Assembly (NCBI GenBank): GCA_951804945.1
Contig: OX638149.1
Span: forward strand, 88,474,001-88,538,000
Reading direction: 5' to 3'
DNA: 64,000 nucleotides
Source: Podarcis cretensis
Taxonomy: Eukaryota
A program made the position numbers and the translations under genes. Of the stretch, positions 63,378 to 64,000 are shown in pieces. The notes beneath the pieces were generated by a model. That model was not told the origin of the DNA, made no database searches, and saw nothing but the letters and a program-made list of their open reading frames with translations. How positions within the stretch are numbered: position 1 is the stretch's first letter; every line of letters starts with the position of its first letter.

Positions 63378-64000
63378 GTGAGTGCGCCCGGGCAGTGGCG
63401 GTGGGTCTTGGGGCTTCCTCGGAGCTGCTGACTGCGGGCGAGGGCACGAGGGAGCCCCATTGGTACTCGCGGAGCAGGGAAGGGTAGGGGGCGGCTGTGC
63501 GTGGGCGGCGGCCGGTCGGCCGTGGAGGCGGAGGTGGGGTCTCCGTAGCCGCTGTGAGGGGGGGGGGTCGCCGCGCCTCAGCGTCTCTCTCTCTCTCTCT
63601 CTCTCTCCCTCCCTCCCTCTCTCCCCCCGCGCCCTTGACCTTAGCCTGGCCCCTTTCGCTTCCTCAGGCCCAGCCGGCTGGCCGCTCTCCGACTACGGTG
63701 CGGCTGCTCCAAAGCTGACCCTCGGCCCTCCTCCCTCTGTTGCCTTCCCCCCGCTGGTTTAGCTGCCTCTCCCAGGCGTACCCCAGGCCCCAAGACGTAG
63801 CAGCCGGTCGGGTAGCCAGCTAGCCAGATTACTAGCCTTGCCCCAGGCAGCACGTAGAGATAGAACGAGAGAAGCTGCTGCTTCTCCTCGTGGGGAATTT
63901 CTGCCTGCCGGGCTGTTCGCAAACACGACAAAGGTTAAAAACAACGCAGCGTCGGCAACTAGCGCCGTCCTCTTCTTCGGTTGCTTTCCGGCTCCTGCTC

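Larger units (their letters stand above)
62200..64000. promoter_or_regulatory. CpG island / bidirectional promoter shared by CNOT9 (-) and a + strand gene (probably USP37)
   Basis: Very high GC and CpG density. NRF1 motifs GCGCATGCGC (62875-62884) and TGCGCGTGCGCA (62926-62937), CRE-like TGACGT (63033-63038), E2F site TTTGGCGGGAAAA (62501-62513). Confidence 0.85.

Noticed and set aside
62342-63944. Several 60-190 aa ORFs in the CpG island
   Set aside because: Expected from stop-codon scarcity in GC-rich promoter DNA; only MHSLATAA (CNOT9 exon 1) is supported.
1-64000. tRNA, rRNA, snoRNA or miRNA genes
   Set aside because: No convincing instance seen by eye; tRNA-like B-boxes belong to SINEs. 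An Infernal/Rfam and tRNAscan-SE run would be needed to exclude them.

Overview
This is vertebrate genomic DNA; the repeat content points to a squamate, probably a lacertid lizard (inference). It carries the gene block known from human 2q35. (1) ZNF142 on +: 7 coding exons from 665 to 10290, with the 5' exon(s) left of the window. (2) PLCD4 (phospholipase C delta-4) on -: 15 coding exons from 31946 to 15985, 2286 nt / 761 aa. (3) CNOT9/RQCD1 on -: 8 exons from 62682 to 53011, 900 nt / 299 aa. (4) A CpG-island bidirectional promoter at ~62200-64000 with a + strand non-coding first exon, assigned to USP37 by synteny only. All exon boundaries were placed by hand and checked for phase. Introns and intergenic DNA hold L2-, L1- and RTE-type LINE fragments, SINEs, Tc1/mariner- and hAT-type MITEs, and microsatellites. 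I found no prokaryote-style novel system and no CRISPR array. The most notable signals are non-canonical splicing: a U12 AT-AC intron in PLCD4 and two GC-AG introns with an identical core donor in ZNF142. Weaker candidates are alternative PLCD4 exons and splice sites, a uORF, possibly overlapping convergent 3' UTRs, and E2F/NRF1 sites in the shared promoter.
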